From contig NC_043003.1 of assembly GCF_006345805.1 (NCBI RefSeq), forward strand, positions 89,962,001 to 90,026,000: a stretch of 64,000 bases of DNA. Direction: 5' to 3'. Source of the stretch: Octopus sinensis. Lineage: Eukaryota. The notes below the pieces were generated by a model. That model was given only the letters and a program-made list of their open reading frames with translations. It made no database searches and had not been told where the DNA came from. This document shows positions 63,501 through 64,000 of the stretch, in pieces (the stretch's first letter is position 1; the number at the start of each line of letters is the position of its first letter). Both the position numbers and the translations under genes were made by a program.

Positions 63501-64000
63501 TTTGGGAGCAAACAATAGGACACGCTTGTGGTCAGGCTGCTTATTGCGCATGTGTTGTATGTACACCTGGAAAAGTTGAAAATATACTTCATGTAAATAA
63601 TAATAATAATGGTGGTTTCAAATTTTGGTACAAGGCCAGTCATTTCAAGGGAGGGAGTAAGTCATTTACATCAACCAGCAACAGCAACAATCCTTTCTAC
63701 TACAGGCACAAGGCCTGAAATTTTTGGGGAGTGAGGGCCTATCAATTATATCGACCCCAGTATGCAACTGGTACTTAATTTATCTACTCCAAAAGGACGA
63801 AAAGCAAATTCAACCTCGGCGAGATTTGAACTCAAATGCCGCTAAGCATTTTCCCCAGCATGCTAACGATTCTGCCAGCTTGCCCCCTTCTAAATAATAA
63901 TAGTAATCTTTTCTACTAGAGGCACATGGCCTAAAATTTGGTGAAAGGAGATAGTTGATAACATTGACCCCCAGTACTCAACTGGTACTTATTTCATCAG

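Noticed and set aside
62000-63600. ORFs 62072-63579, or the 3' UTR of a neighbouring minus-strand gene
   Set aside because: Low-complexity, with no recognisable domain or splice-consistent exon; a UTR cannot be supported from sequence alone.

Overview
AT-rich, microsatellite-laden eukaryotic genomic DNA. The SINE/LINE repertoire and long (TA)n/(CA)n tracts look like an octopus/cephalopod genome; that is an inference, not a search result. The + strand carries 15 spliced coding exons (5088-47392) whose GT-AG boundaries chain in phase into the C-terminal half of a MAGUK scaffold (Ser/Pro-rich linker, PDZ, PDZ, SH3, HOOK, GK), best matching DLG5. I did not find the upstream exons or the last coding exon in this window. 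The introns hold a decayed piggyBac, a two-LTR Ty3/Gypsy element, RTE-type LINE fragments with tandem-repeat 3' UTRs, a near full-length CR1-group LINE running into a 100-N gap, a mariner, two Helitrons, hAT/TTAA MITEs and two tRNA-derived SINE families. The most striking unexplained signal is a set of about eight intronic loci carrying minimal hammerhead-ribozyme motifs (CTGAnGA...GAAA, palindromic stem III, then TH), most in inverted-repeat arrangements. One is a ~485-bp palindrome made of two head-to-head tRNA-headed units, each ending in a hammerhead motif.
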